Source of the DNA: Bdellovibrionota bacterium
GTDB lineage: Bacteria > Bdellovibrionota > UBA2428
DNA: 64,000 nt
Reading direction: 5' to 3'
Assembly (NCBI GenBank): GCA_041750195.1
Contig: JBGSZX010000063.1
Location: 35,131 to 99,130 of the forward strand
Position 1 is the first letter of the stretch; the number at the start of each line of letters is the position of its first letter. Below the pieces are notes generated by a model that was not told the DNA's origin, searched no databases, and saw only the letters and a list, made by a program, of their open reading frames with translations. Both the position numbers and the translations under genes were made by a program. Shown piece by piece: positions 48,964 through 58,143 of the stretch.

Positions 48964-49950
48964 CTAAAAAGAACTAAAAGCTCGCACTTCGTTTAACGAT
49001 TTTACTCCTTTTAGACACATCATGAGTCTTTCGAGGCCAAGGGCAATGCCTCCAGCTTGGTCAATTTGATCAAGGGCACCCAAAAAACTTTCATCTAGCT
49101 CTGGTACGTTGCGGTGGGGGTGTAGTTCTTTTCGTTTCGTCATATCTTCAAGGCATCGGCTTCTTTGTTCTACAGAATCGGTAAGCTCACCAAAGGCATT
49201 GGCCAGCTCAATCCCCTGAAAGTAAATTTCAAAACGTTCACACAAATACTCACGGCCTTTTATTTTCCTTGAGAGGGCGGCCTGAGAGGCTGGGTAATCT
49301 TTTAGAAGAACAAGATTTTTGTTTGAAAAAGCGGGTTCAATTTTGCTTGCGATGAGGGCATTAAAAGCCGTGTCGAAGTCCCATTTTAAATCAAGATCCC
49401 GGTGGCCTTTTTCAAAGGCAATCTTACTGAGCAAAGCCTCGTCGCCATTTTTTAGGATGGATTCCAGATCAATTTTACAAATTTCTTGAAAGGCCTCACA
49501 GACATCTATGCTTTCGATGCTCTTCCACTGACTGGGATCCTTGGCATGGCGATCTGCTAAATAGGTAAATAGTTCTGAGCAATCCTGAGCGATATCCATG
49601 TAACTGCCTGGGTGCCTGTACCATTCAAGCATCAAAAACTCAGGCTCATGAGTCTTGCTGATTTCGCCATTTCTAAAACTGGGTGTGATCTCAAAAATTT
49701 TATCAAGGCCAGTCGCAAGAGCTTTTTTGAGGTGATATTCGGGCGACGTTGCTAGAAAAAGTGTTTTTACTGATCCAGAGCTCATGCTGGGAATAAATTC
49801 GGACTCAAAATACTCAAGGTGGGGTTCAAGACCTGGATTGCTCACGAGCAAAGGCGTATCGATTTCAATAAATCCATTCTCATAAAAATAGTCGCGCAAA
49901 TCCCGAATAAACTTCTGGCGCCACACTAAGATGTCTTTAAGCTTGTCCAA
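48964..49950 (-). CDS. epmA: EF-P lysine aminoacylase EpmA (GenX/PoxA)
   Basis: Truncated LysRS-like: TSPEYHLK, FRNGE...HEPEF.MLEWY, GIELANAFGELTD, GIALGLERL. Confidence 0.93.
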   Translation of the reverse strand: MDKLKDILVWRQKFIRDLRDYFYENGFIEIDTPLLVSNPGLEPHLEYFESEFIPSMSSGSVKTLFLATSPEYHLKKALATGLDKIFEITPSFRNGEISKTHEPEFLMLEWYRHPGSYMDIAQDCSELFTYLADRHAKDPSQWKSIESIDVCEAFQEICKIDLESILKNGDEALLSKIAFEKGHRDLDLKWDFDTAFNALIASKIEPAFSNKNLVLLKDYPASQAALSRKIKGREYLCERFEIYFQGIELANAFGELTDSVEQRSRCLEDMTKRKELHPHRNVPELDESFLGALDQIDQAGGIALGLERLMMCLKGVKSLNEVRAFSSF

Positions 49951-49979
49951 GGTCTTTCTCCGCTTTATACCCTTGAGTT

Positions 49980-51134
49980 ATGGCGGAGACGGCTTTGACT
50001 GTCAGTAATTGGGTCCTATTTTTTTCGGTCTCATGGGACGCGGTGGATCGCGTAACGGAGCTTGTAAGCGCACGCCCAGGTTTTTTGGGTCTTGAGGAGC
50101 TTCCCGATGCCGACTCAAATCTTTACGGCACCAGCGATGAATTTGAAGTTTTGGAATTTGGCTCGGATGCTGCAAAAAAATGTGCCGATTGGTTAGAGAG
50201 CGGAGATTTCCAAAAAAACCGTTCCTCCAAGGCTTTCGTAAAAGTATATTTTGAGAGGGGGTTGCCGTCTGCCATCGAAAACATCTCGGAGTGGAAAGAA
50301 TTTTTTTCTGCGGAAAAGTCTATAGAAAGTTTAACAGAAGAAGACATCCAAATCATTTCATGGCAACCCTTGCCGGATGAAGATTATTTAGCAAATTATC
50401 GCAAACAAGTTAGGGGCCAGGCCTTCGGAAAAAATCTATGGATTGGCCCTCCGTGGGAAGTGCCACCTTCAGAGAAAGATATATTTTTTGTTGAACCCGG
50501 CATGGCCTTTGGGACGGGTGATCACCCTACAACTCAAATGTGTCTTGAGATTTTGGAGTCCCTGTCTTCTGACAAGGTCGAGGATCCTTTGAAGATTTCC
50601 AAGACGCCCATTTATGATATTGGAACGGGCACGGGCGTGTTGGCATTGGCTGCGCGCAGATTTTTCCCAGAACGCTCATTGATTCTCACGGATCTTGATC
50701 CGCTTTGTGGCCCCGAGGTTAAAAAAACTTTTGAACTTAATAAAACTTCAATGCAAAATGTGGAACTTCGCTTGGGAGCGGCGGCAGACTTAAAAAGCTC
50801 TGGCGTTGTCCTTCTGGCAGAATCGGGCAAAGAACAAATTCATTTGCTCCACAACATGTGGCCCCAAAGCAATCTGATCATTTCTAATATTTATGCTGAA
50901 GTTCTTCAGGGACTTTTGCCTGAATTAGCGGCTCTTTGTTTGCCCGGCGCCTATTGGGTTGTGAGTGGCGTTTTAGAAAGCGCGGCCTCTAAGACCTTCG
51001 ATAATGAGGCCTCAAAATATTTTGAGCTGCTAGATGCCAAAAGTTCCATTGTTGAAGAAGCTCAATTAAGCCGAGATCAAGGCCTTAATGCGAAGCAACA
51101 TGTCTGGTTAGCCCGTTTATTTAAGCGTCGCTAA
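49980..51134 (+). CDS. prmA: Ribosomal protein L11 methyltransferase
   Basis: PPWE, EPGMAFGTGDHPTT, DIGTGTGVLA, SNI.A. Confidence 0.88.
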   Translation: MAETALTVSNWVLFFSVSWDAVDRVTELVSARPGFLGLEELPDADSNLYGTSDEFEVLEFGSDAAKKCADWLESGDFQKNRSSKAFVKVYFERGLPSAIENISEWKEFFSAEKSIESLTEEDIQIISWQPLPDEDYLANYRKQVRGQAFGKNLWIGPPWEVPPSEKDIFFVEPGMAFGTGDHPTTQMCLEILESLSSDKVEDPLKISKTPIYDIGTGTGVLALAARRFFPERSLILTDLDPLCGPEVKKTFELNKTSMQNVELRLGAAADLKSSGVVLLAESGKEQIHLLHNMWPQSNLIISNIYAEVLQGLLPELAALCLPGAYWVVSGVLESAASKTFDNEASKYFELLDAKSSIVEEAQLSRDQGLNAKQHVWLARLFKRR

Positions 51135-51186
51135 GTCTAAGAATTTTGCATTGCCACAAAAGCCGGACAGCTCTATTTCATAATCA

Positions 51187-51708
51187 ATGATTCTAACTGG
51201 GCTAGAAATAAAAAAACGTTTAGGCACTGATGTAAAAATCGAACCCTTCGAAGAGAAATTCGTAAATCCAAATTCCTACAATTTGAGGCTCGACCCTGCC
51301 TTAAAGGTTTACACGCAGATGCCCCTCGATATGAAATCTGATAACCCAGCCCAAGATTTAACCATTCCCGCAGAGGGCTTGGTTCTTGAGCCCGGCAAAC
51401 TTTATTTGGGTCGAACCTTTGAATACACCGAAACAAAAAACTTAGTGCCCATGTTGGAAGGCCGCTCAAGCATTGGTCGACTCGGTTTGTTTGTTCATGT
51501 GACAGCAGGATTTGGAGATGTCGGTTTCAAGGGTTTTTGGACACTAGAAATGCATTGCATCCATCCCATTCGTGTTTATCCAATGGTCCCCATTTGTCAG
51601 ATTTTCTATCACTCAGTTGAAGGTGAAATCAGTGAATATCGCTCGGGCAAATACCAAGCGAACGAGGGCATTCAAACCTCTCGCTTGTGGATGGATTTTC
51701 AACCGTAA
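51187..51708 (+). CDS. dcd: dCTP deaminase
   Basis: NPNSYNLRL, EGRSSIGRLG, GF.G..TLE, ICQIFY, GKYQ. Confidence 0.93.
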   Translation: MILTGLEIKKRLGTDVKIEPFEEKFVNPNSYNLRLDPALKVYTQMPLDMKSDNPAQDLTIPAEGLVLEPGKLYLGRTFEYTETKNLVPMLEGRSSIGRLGLFVHVTAGFGDVGFKGFWTLEMHCIHPIRVYPMVPICQIFYHSVEGEISEYRSGKYQANEGIQTSRLWMDFQP

Positions 51709-51790
51709 TTTTGATTTTTTAAAAATTTGTTCGCATGCGGAGTTCTAATGTCGGAGTTCCAATGCCGGGGACCTTGAGTCACTTGAGGAT

Positions 51791-52189
51791 CTATCCGCCG
51801 CCACAGGCACCACAGCTAGCAGCGCTGTTGGCCTCATCAAATGGCGTTTCACCGCCCTCAGACTTGATTGAGCGGCAGGTATCACAGTCTCCGGATCCAC
51901 ATTCCTTACCGCCATCTTCGCACGGCCTGCGGGTTTTTAGGTCCCAGCTGAGCATCTCCCATTCGGCAAAATGTCGGGCGGCAAAGCTCCTGGCTTGTGC
52001 GAATTCTTTGAAGATTTGGGAGAATTCTTCCCGAAAAGGCAAAAGACTGTGGATAAATACTTGGTATTCAAATTGCTCACTTTGGGGATCAAAAATGGCG
52101 TTGATTCCGCCTTCTTTTCGGTCGTTTACGAAGACAACCCTCGGTAGATCCAATTCCTTTAACGCTAGGACCCGTAGTAAGTTATTCAC
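51791..52189 (-). CDS. Hypothetical protein with Cys-rich C-terminal tail
   Basis: GAGGA SD before GTG; tail CEDGGKECGSGDCDTC...SCGACGGG. Confidence 0.7.
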   Translation of the reverse strand: MNNLLRVLALKELDLPRVVFVNDRKEGGINAIFDPQSEQFEYQVFIHSLLPFREEFSQIFKEFAQARSFAARHFAEWEMLSWDLKTRRPCEDGGKECGSGDCDTCRSIKSEGGETPFDEANSAASCGACGGG

Positions 52190-52342
52190 AAGTTATCCTC
52201 ACAATTAAGCATCTCAAAAGTCATGCTTAAGTTTTGTTTTATATTCATCGCGTCATTCCTGTTGCGGCTCATAATCATGGCTTCTCAATATTCATTAATA
52301 CTCGCCCAGATTCGTCCAGCAATGATCCGTTATAGCATCATC

Positions 52343-54601
52343 TTAGGCATAACGGGTCTTAATAAGTTCCACCAAAGCTTCTTGAGCACCTTTTGGACCA
52401 TAGCCAAATTTTTCCTGCATGCCATCATAAACTTTCACTAGCATTTGATGAGATTCCGAAAGTGACCTGGTGTCATCGCTCGACTTAGTTAAGGATTCGA
52501 ATTCCTTTAGGTCCAAAATCAATGAACCCATAGTTCGAATCTTAGAATTTTGAGATTCCCTAACATGATCAATCATTTTCTCCATGAGATCTGGAAAAAT
52601 TGAATGGTACGGCAGAACACCAGTGCTGTCTCTGGATGGGTTTTCGACAGACCATGCCCCTAGTCTTGAAATTATATTTTTTCTGAACTCAAGTTCATGC
52701 CCTTTTGTGACGCCAACAAGTTCTTCAAATTCTTTCATAAGTGAAGCATCAGGATCTTCGCTCTTTCCGGTAATTCGATTCCTAATTTTTTCATCCCTCA
52801 CAAAATGCGTAGAGTGAAAAACATATTTTCCAAGAAAGTCTTGCAATTGCTCTGATTGTTCTAGGTTTAAGCAAGTGCGCATTTCTTCTTCGACCAAATC
52901 AAGCCAAACGCCACGCACTTCATCAATCAGGGCATCGTAATTGTGATAAAGACCCATGGGCTCTTGTCGCAAGTATTCAAAATCTTGCGGCCGTTTCACG
53001 AGGGCTTTTAATTCCGAAAATATGGCATTGGGGCTTAAACAAGGGAAGGCATCATTCTGCGCTGCGAGTTGCATAAGAGCTTTGAGCTCTCTAGCAGACG
53101 GCCCAAGTAGACCCTCATAGTAGGGAAGTCTTTGGTGTTCATCGACGAGTTCTTCTAAGTGGCCTAAAAGTTCTCGTCGTTGGTCTTCGTCGATTTCTTC
53201 GGGCACATGCGCATTGTCGTATAAAAAAGCCTTTTGAATGGGAGAAAGTTTTTCTAGTACTTTGCAAAGTAAGGCATTCTTATCTTTGAGCAATGGTTTT
53301 TTTAAACGTGAGGCCACGGCCCAGACGGCGAGCAAATAGGTGGTGTGCGGAAGGATTTCTTTTGATCCCGCAGTTTTTATCGCGGTATCTTTGTAAATGT
53401 TTTCTTCGTCGCTAATGCGAAGCAGGTAAGGAACTTTGATGAGCTCAATGCGGGCCTTGAAACTGCTATATTCTGGGTGCTCTCTAAAAGCTTCAAGTTG
53501 TCTGTCGTTGGTGCTGCCTATGAAAACAGTGTCGAGATAAACCAAAATTCCCCCAAGACTTAAGGTTCCAGATTCGCAGGTGTTCAACAAGTATTTGAAA
53601 TGCTCGACTGGTCTTTTGAGCATGTCATTAAACTCTACGGAGCCTCGATTGCCATCTATCAAGTGTCCTTCGAGTTGAAAAAGATTGAGGCTTTGAAGTG
53701 CGGCGGGAAGATTGGCAAGCGATCTGTCTAGAGTCACCTGGCGCATGCTCGCATCAACGGCAAGTTGAGGCTGAATGGTGACCATTCCCTTCCGAAGTTT
53801 CGGAGACAGGTAAAAGCGTTCCACTCTTACATGCTTAAGAACTTTGTTGAAATCGCCGCCGTAATTGTCGAGCAAGGCTTCGAGAATCAACGTGTTTTTG
53901 TGGCTAAGCTCAGCTCTTAAAAAAGTTTCTCTACAAATTTTTAGTTTTTGTCTTTCTGTTTGAGATTTTGCTTTTTCAATCCAATCTTCAAAAAGTTGTT
54001 CGCGTTCTGCGCGGGGAATAAGATAGAGTGGGCTTTCGCTAAGCTCGCTTCTTACGATAGCTCCAATTTGATCTTGCTCAAGGTGCGCAAATGAATCTAC
54101 GTTTCCGGAATCGCCGCGTGGCCCGATGCCCATCGTTTTTCTATCAACCGCATCGTGCGGAAAAATCCAACTAAAACTAAAACCCATGCCTTCAGCATCT
54201 CTGGAATAGGCTTCGATTCCGTCAAAGAGAATGTTTACGAAGCTACTTTTCGCAGAACCGTTGGGGCCATATAAGAGTAACAATTTATCCGAGCGTCCAG
54301 ACTGCGCAAAGGCTCTCAAATTTTTAACGAGTAGCTTCTGAACATTTTCGTGACCCGCAAGTGGGTTTGGAACCTCTGCATGGGCATTGTTAAATATTTT
54401 GTACCGTTGGATATTTTTTTTGCGGACCTTTTTTGTTTCAGCTCCAAAAAAATCTATCGCATCCACAATGTAGGATGCCGAATTGCGAGTGTATCGGTAC
54501 GGGGCTTCGGCGCACAGCTTGAAAAAGTCATCAAAAGTTAAAACACGTTTAGAATCATCAAAGCGTGTTTTGATCGAGGTTTTTATGGTTTCAAGGCTCA
54601 C
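52343..54601 (-). CDS. prkA: PrkA/YeaG-family AAA+ serine protein kinase
   Basis: LLLYGPNGSAKSS, GNRGSVEFNDMLKRP, RIELIKVPYLL, GPSARE. Confidence 0.85.
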   Translation of the reverse strand: MSLETIKTSIKTRFDDSKRVLTFDDFFKLCAEAPYRYTRNSASYIVDAIDFFGAETKKVRKKNIQRYKIFNNAHAEVPNPLAGHENVQKLLVKNLRAFAQSGRSDKLLLLYGPNGSAKSSFVNILFDGIEAYSRDAEGMGFSFSWIFPHDAVDRKTMGIGPRGDSGNVDSFAHLEQDQIGAIVRSELSESPLYLIPRAEREQLFEDWIEKAKSQTERQKLKICRETFLRAELSHKNTLILEALLDNYGGDFNKVLKHVRVERFYLSPKLRKGMVTIQPQLAVDASMRQVTLDRSLANLPAALQSLNLFQLEGHLIDGNRGSVEFNDMLKRPVEHFKYLLNTCESGTLSLGGILVYLDTVFIGSTNDRQLEAFREHPEYSSFKARIELIKVPYLLRISDEENIYKDTAIKTAGSKEILPHTTYLLAVWAVASRLKKPLLKDKNALLCKVLEKLSPIQKAFLYDNAHVPEEIDEDQRRELLGHLEELVDEHQRLPYYEGLLGPSARELKALMQLAAQNDAFPCLSPNAIFSELKALVKRPQDFEYLRQEPMGLYHNYDALIDEVRGVWLDLVEEEMRTCLNLEQSEQLQDFLGKYVFHSTHFVRDEKIRNRITGKSEDPDASLMKEFEELVGVTKGHELEFRKNIISRLGAWSVENPSRDSTGVLPYHSIFPDLMEKMIDHVRESQNSKIRTMGSLILDLKEFESLTKSSDDTRSLSESHQMLVKVYDGMQEKFGYGPKGAQEALVELIKTRYA

Positions 54602-54678
54602 AATTTACATTCTATCGAGTGCCGGGCCCTGGTGTAAGAGCCAATTCTTTGGAGCAGGCAAAAAAAATGACGCAAAAT

Positions 54679-54720
54679 AAAAAAGGGGAGGATTTCATTT
54701 AAGAAATCCTCCCCTTTTTT
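54679..54720. terminator. Rho-independent terminator downstream of rpsR (T-tracts on both strands)
   Basis: AAAAAAGGGGAGGATTTC-ATTTAA-GAAATCCTCCCCTTTTTT. Confidence 0.9.
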
Positions 54721-54742
54721 ATCAAAGTTGAGTTTGTATTTT

Positions 54743-54835
54743 CGTAGATTATTCAGCAATTATCCGATGCTGAATAATCGCTAGCTTACTCAGCAATTAT
54801 CCGATGCTGAATAACCGTAGATTATTCAGCAATTA
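54743..54835. repeat. 2.5 tandem copies of a ~36-bp palindromic unit derived from the rpsR 3' end
   Basis: TTATTCAGCA-ATTATCCGA-TGCTGAATAA units at 54743-54778 and 54779-54815; partial third copy overlaps the rpsR stop. Confidence 0.9.
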
Positions 54836-55193
54836 ACGGTGCAAGAAAGCCTAGGGCGCGAGCTCTTTTGATGTGTTGAGAGAGCTTGCGTTGATTTTTG
54901 GCGCTAACACCAGAAACGTGACGAGGAACAATTTTGCCAGTTTCAGACACGAATCGGTTCATAACCTTCATGTTTTTGTAATCAAGAACTAGGGTTTTAT
55001 CCATAATGAATGGACAAACTTTGCGTCGACCAAATCGACCACCACTACCGCCGCCGCTTCCACCGCGGCGAGGACGTTCAGAACGACCGTCGTCAGAAGG
55101 CTTAGAATCTCTATTAGAGTCTCTGTTTGAGTCTCTATAGCTTGATTCTTTGCTGTCGGATTTTGATCCGTATGGAGGATTATTATTTTCCAT
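54822..55193 (-). CDS. rpsR: 30S ribosomal protein bS18 with ~50-aa disordered N-terminal extension
   Basis: RRKVCPF, LDYKN, FVSETGKIVPR..SG.SAK.QR, IKRAR..G; start placed at MENNN. Confidence 0.95.
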   Translation of the reverse strand: MENNNPPYGSKSDSKESSYRDSNRDSNRDSKPSDDGRSERPRRGGSGGGSGGRFGRRKVCPFIMDKTLVLDYKNMKVMNRFVSETGKIVPRHVSGVSAKNQRKLSQHIKRARALGFLAPLIAE

Positions 55194-55302
55194 TCTTCTT
55201 CGCCTTTCCAGCTTCAATGCGTTTCTTGATACGCTCTTTTTTCTTACGTTGAGCGGCCTTTTGTTTCACTTTTTTAGTCAATCGGTTGTCGTCGCGACCC
55301 AT
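55183..55302 (-). CDS. Unannotated 39-aa highly basic protein
   Basis: MGRDDNRLTKKVKQKAAQRKKKERIKKRIEAGKAKKNGK*; AAGGA SD 8 nt upstream; overlaps the rpsR start by 11 nt. Confidence 0.7.
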   Translation of the reverse strand: MGRDDNRLTKKVKQKAAQRKKKERIKKRIEAGKAKKNGK

Positions 55303-55407
55303 ATTATATTCCTTAAAATTAATCAGTTTCCATCAAGGCAAATGCCTGTTGAGCCGGAACTTCTAGCGAACGGGCTCAACAAGGTCAAGCTTTTTGCGGA
55401 GCGACCC

Positions 55408-56046
55408 CTATAAGAATCGTCCCGTAAATAAAAGGTCTTTGGTTTCGGCTCTGCGCTTAAGCTCGATGATTCGTATCGCTACATTGTCATCTAGGTCTTG
55501 GCCATCGCCCATCATCACGTTGATCTCGGCATAAATGCGTCTGCCATAGAGATTATGGTGGGTGAGGTAAACCATCACCTTGGGATCGGTCCAGTCGTCC
55601 TTGGTGAGGATGCGTTTGCCTTTGGCGAGGAGTTCATGGTCACAAGCTGAATAAAATTCAACATTTAGGGCCCCAAAGTTTGGAGAATCGCGATGGCTAG
55701 TTTGTTGGATAACAATGTAGACCCCGCGCGACTCGCTAAGCCAAACACCGTTGATCTTAAATCGTCCAGTCACATCTGGCCAAGGAACGATGCCCTGGGG
55801 AGAAACGGGGCTATGGGCGTCTAGAATTTTGTCTCTGGACGTCAACATAGAATCGTTAACGTTACATTCTGCAGCAGGAAAAAGCCCAAAAGGAGTTCCG
55901 GCATCGCCGCTGCCACCCAAAAGCCAATTCTTCATGGGTTTCATTCCCATGGAAATACTTGTTGTTGAAGTTAGGCAAACTATGGCAAATGCCATGAAGC
56001 CAAACAGACGACCCTTCCAATTATTCTTTCCGAACAGACCCTTCAT
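55408..56046 (-). CDS. Hypothetical secreted protein
   Basis: AAAGGGG SD, N-terminal signal-like segment, no recognised domain. Confidence 0.7.
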   Translation of the reverse strand: MKGLFGKNNWKGRLFGFMAFAIVCLTSTTSISMGMKPMKNWLLGGSGDAGTPFGLFPAAECNVNDSMLTSRDKILDAHSPVSPQGIVPWPDVTGRFKINGVWLSESRGVYIVIQQTSHRDSPNFGALNVEFYSACDHELLAKGKRILTKDDWTDPKVMVYLTHHNLYGRRIYAEINVMMGDGQDLDDNVAIRIIELKRRAETKDLLFTGRFL

Positions 56047-56097
56047 TTCAAACCCCCTTTAGGTTTTGTACCAATTTAAACTCTTTCCAAGATCCGA

Positions 56098-57957
56098 TTA
56101 GAGATCTTTCGGTGTAAGGCCTTGGTTACGTGGCGCTACGTCCGAAATCCGAGATGAAATATTAACTTTCATAGACGGATTGAAATAATATCCCTTCGAG
56201 CCGTTCATAATATAACGACTCTCACGGGGGTTGGGCTCTAGGAGTTTTCTGAGCCGGTTGATATTGATGTATATATTGTTGTCGTGGCGAAGTGGGTTGT
56301 ATTCTTGTCCCCAAATTTCTAGCGCCAATACTTCTTTGGAGAATTCCTTCCCCGGAGTTTCTGCCAATAGAAGCAATATTTTCATGAGAGTAAATTTATT
56401 GTGGAACGGAATCTCTCCTAGATGCTTTTCGCGCACATAGTTAGAGTTTCTGTCGATTTCAATGTCGACACTTTGATTAGGAATAAAGTGGAAATCGTCA
56501 AAGAATTCATTCACAAATCGCTGACCGTGAGAATCTAAGTTTCTAAGCTCATTGCTCCAGTCGTCGTAAGAATCATATTTAAAGCGGGCTAAAATAATTC
56601 TTTCGGGTCTGGCGTTCAATTGATTGATCAGTCTTCGTATCTTTTGATCATCGTCTTCAGAAGATTTAAGTCCAAGTTTTCGTTCTAAAACTTTTCGGGC
56701 TAGAGCTGCTCGCAAATAAAGTCTGTCGAAAGAACTTTGTTTTGCAATTTCCATAGTTTTATTTACTTTAAGGAGGGCTTCTTGATGAAAACCAGCAACT
56801 GAATCGAGTCTCGCCAAGAGTTCAAGGCAAGAGGCTTTGTGGCGCAGGATATTGCGCTCTCGATAATAGGCCATGGCTTCTTCAAGCATGCTGCGCGCTT
56901 CATCGAGCTGAGTTGACTCTCCGCCACGAATTAAAACTTCGGCCTTTAAAAGACGAAGACGCATGATGTCGCTTTGTTTGTTTTCTCTAACGGCGGCAAC
57001 TACAAGCTTGTCTATGATTTCATCGGCCTTTTCGTATTCACCCATGCGAGTGTAGAGAAATGCCATGCCGCGCAGGTAGCGTTTGCCGTAGTATGAGTTT
57101 TCATCCATTCCAGAATGAACAAGAACTTTTTTGTAACACTCTTCGGCCTGAACGTAATGTCCCGAAATGGTGTGAAGTTCGGCAAGTGTAAGGTTTGCGC
57201 GAATGTTAACTCTCCAAAACTGAATGCTTTGAGAATTGTGACTAGCGAGTTCTAGGTAAATGATGGCTTTTTCTTTATCTTCAAGGGCGGCGTAGCAAGT
57301 TCCTAAGGCCCATAAAACATAATGATAGAAGGGGCTGTTTTTATTTTGGCTGAAAACTTCTAAAGCTTCGGTGTACGCGTTGAGTGCTTCATTGTAGAGC
57401 CCTTTTTTTCTTAAGGAATCTCCACGTAAGGTGTGGCAATTTCCAAATGCGTAGGAAAATCCTGAATCTTGAGCGATTTTTTCAAGGACAGGTAGCTCAG
57501 CAAGAACTTCGGAATATTTGCCTTCTTGGCGTAACACTTCGAGTAAACCAAGTTTTACAAAAAAGTTGAGTTTATCATTTCCGATTTCTTTGGTTAACGT
57601 TAAGGCTTCATCGTAATTGCGACGAGCTTTGTTTTGATCTCCAAGATAACACCAGCCAGTTCCGATAGCATAAAGACATTCAGCAAAGGCAGATTTTTCA
57701 TTGGGAGTTTCGACGGGAATTTTTTTGATTGATTCGATATAAGAAGGTGCGCTGTCGAGATTGAATGATTCACCAGCAATTCGAATTAAGTGTCCAAAGG
57801 CTTTCAGTCTGGCTTCGTTGGTTCCGCTTCCAGAATCTACAAAGGTTTCGAGAGTTTCTTTTGCTTCTTTGGTCTTACCTTGCAAAATAAGCTCTACAGC
57901 TTTTGCTAATTCGGGAACTATTGAAGTTGTAGTGGTGTTATTTTTTTTAACTTCCAT
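56098..57957 (-). CDS. TPR-repeat protein with C-terminal OmpR-like winged-helix DNA-binding domain
   Basis: Multiple TPR helices; ILLLLA..PG..FSKE.L...IWG...NIYININRLRKLLE.NP...YI.....GY. Confidence 0.85.
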   Translation of the reverse strand: MEVKKNNTTTTSIVPELAKAVELILQGKTKEAKETLETFVDSGSGTNEARLKAFGHLIRIAGESFNLDSAPSYIESIKKIPVETPNEKSAFAECLYAIGTGWCYLGDQNKARRNYDEALTLTKEIGNDKLNFFVKLGLLEVLRQEGKYSEVLAELPVLEKIAQDSGFSYAFGNCHTLRGDSLRKKGLYNEALNAYTEALEVFSQNKNSPFYHYVLWALGTCYAALEDKEKAIIYLELASHNSQSIQFWRVNIRANLTLAELHTISGHYVQAEECYKKVLVHSGMDENSYYGKRYLRGMAFLYTRMGEYEKADEIIDKLVVAAVRENKQSDIMRLRLLKAEVLIRGGESTQLDEARSMLEEAMAYYRERNILRHKASCLELLARLDSVAGFHQEALLKVNKTMEIAKQSSFDRLYLRAALARKVLERKLGLKSSEDDDQKIRRLINQLNARPERIILARFKYDSYDDWSNELRNLDSHGQRFVNEFFDDFHFIPNQSVDIEIDRNSNYVREKHLGEIPFHNKFTLMKILLLLAETPGKEFSKEVLALEIWGQEYNPLRHDNNIYININRLRKLLEPNPRESRYIMNGSKGYYFNPSMKVNISSRISDVAPRNQGLTPKDL

Positions 57958-58143
57958 GTCCCTCTACCTCACCCGCCATAATACTGGCGTGTTTTTTGTA
58001 TACACTTTTGGGGCAAGATTGCCGAGCACAATCCCTGTGCCGCAATGAGTCTTACCTTTGTATGACTCTTCTAGCAGATGATCACGGCAATAAAAAGGGA
58101 ATATTTTGCGTTGCGTCAAAAAATGCGTAAAGGTGTTACTGGC

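Noticed and set aside
51735-52208. 157-aa plus-strand ORF
   Set aside because: Fully antisense to 51791-52189, which has an SD and a more protein-like sequence.
52040-52340. Replication origin
   Set aside because: Only three DnaA-box-like sites, partly inside a CDS, with no dnaA/dnaN/gidA context or clear unwinding element.
54656-54680. c-di-GMP-I riboswitch look-alike (GGCAAA...GACGCAAA)
   Set aside because: No P2 stem or GNRA loop between the motifs, wrong orientation for the adjacent genes, and it runs into a terminator.
54743-54835. CRISPR-like appearance of ~36-bp palindromic repeats
   Set aside because: Units are contiguous with identical loops and no unique spacers, derive from the rpsR end, and there are no cas genes in the window.
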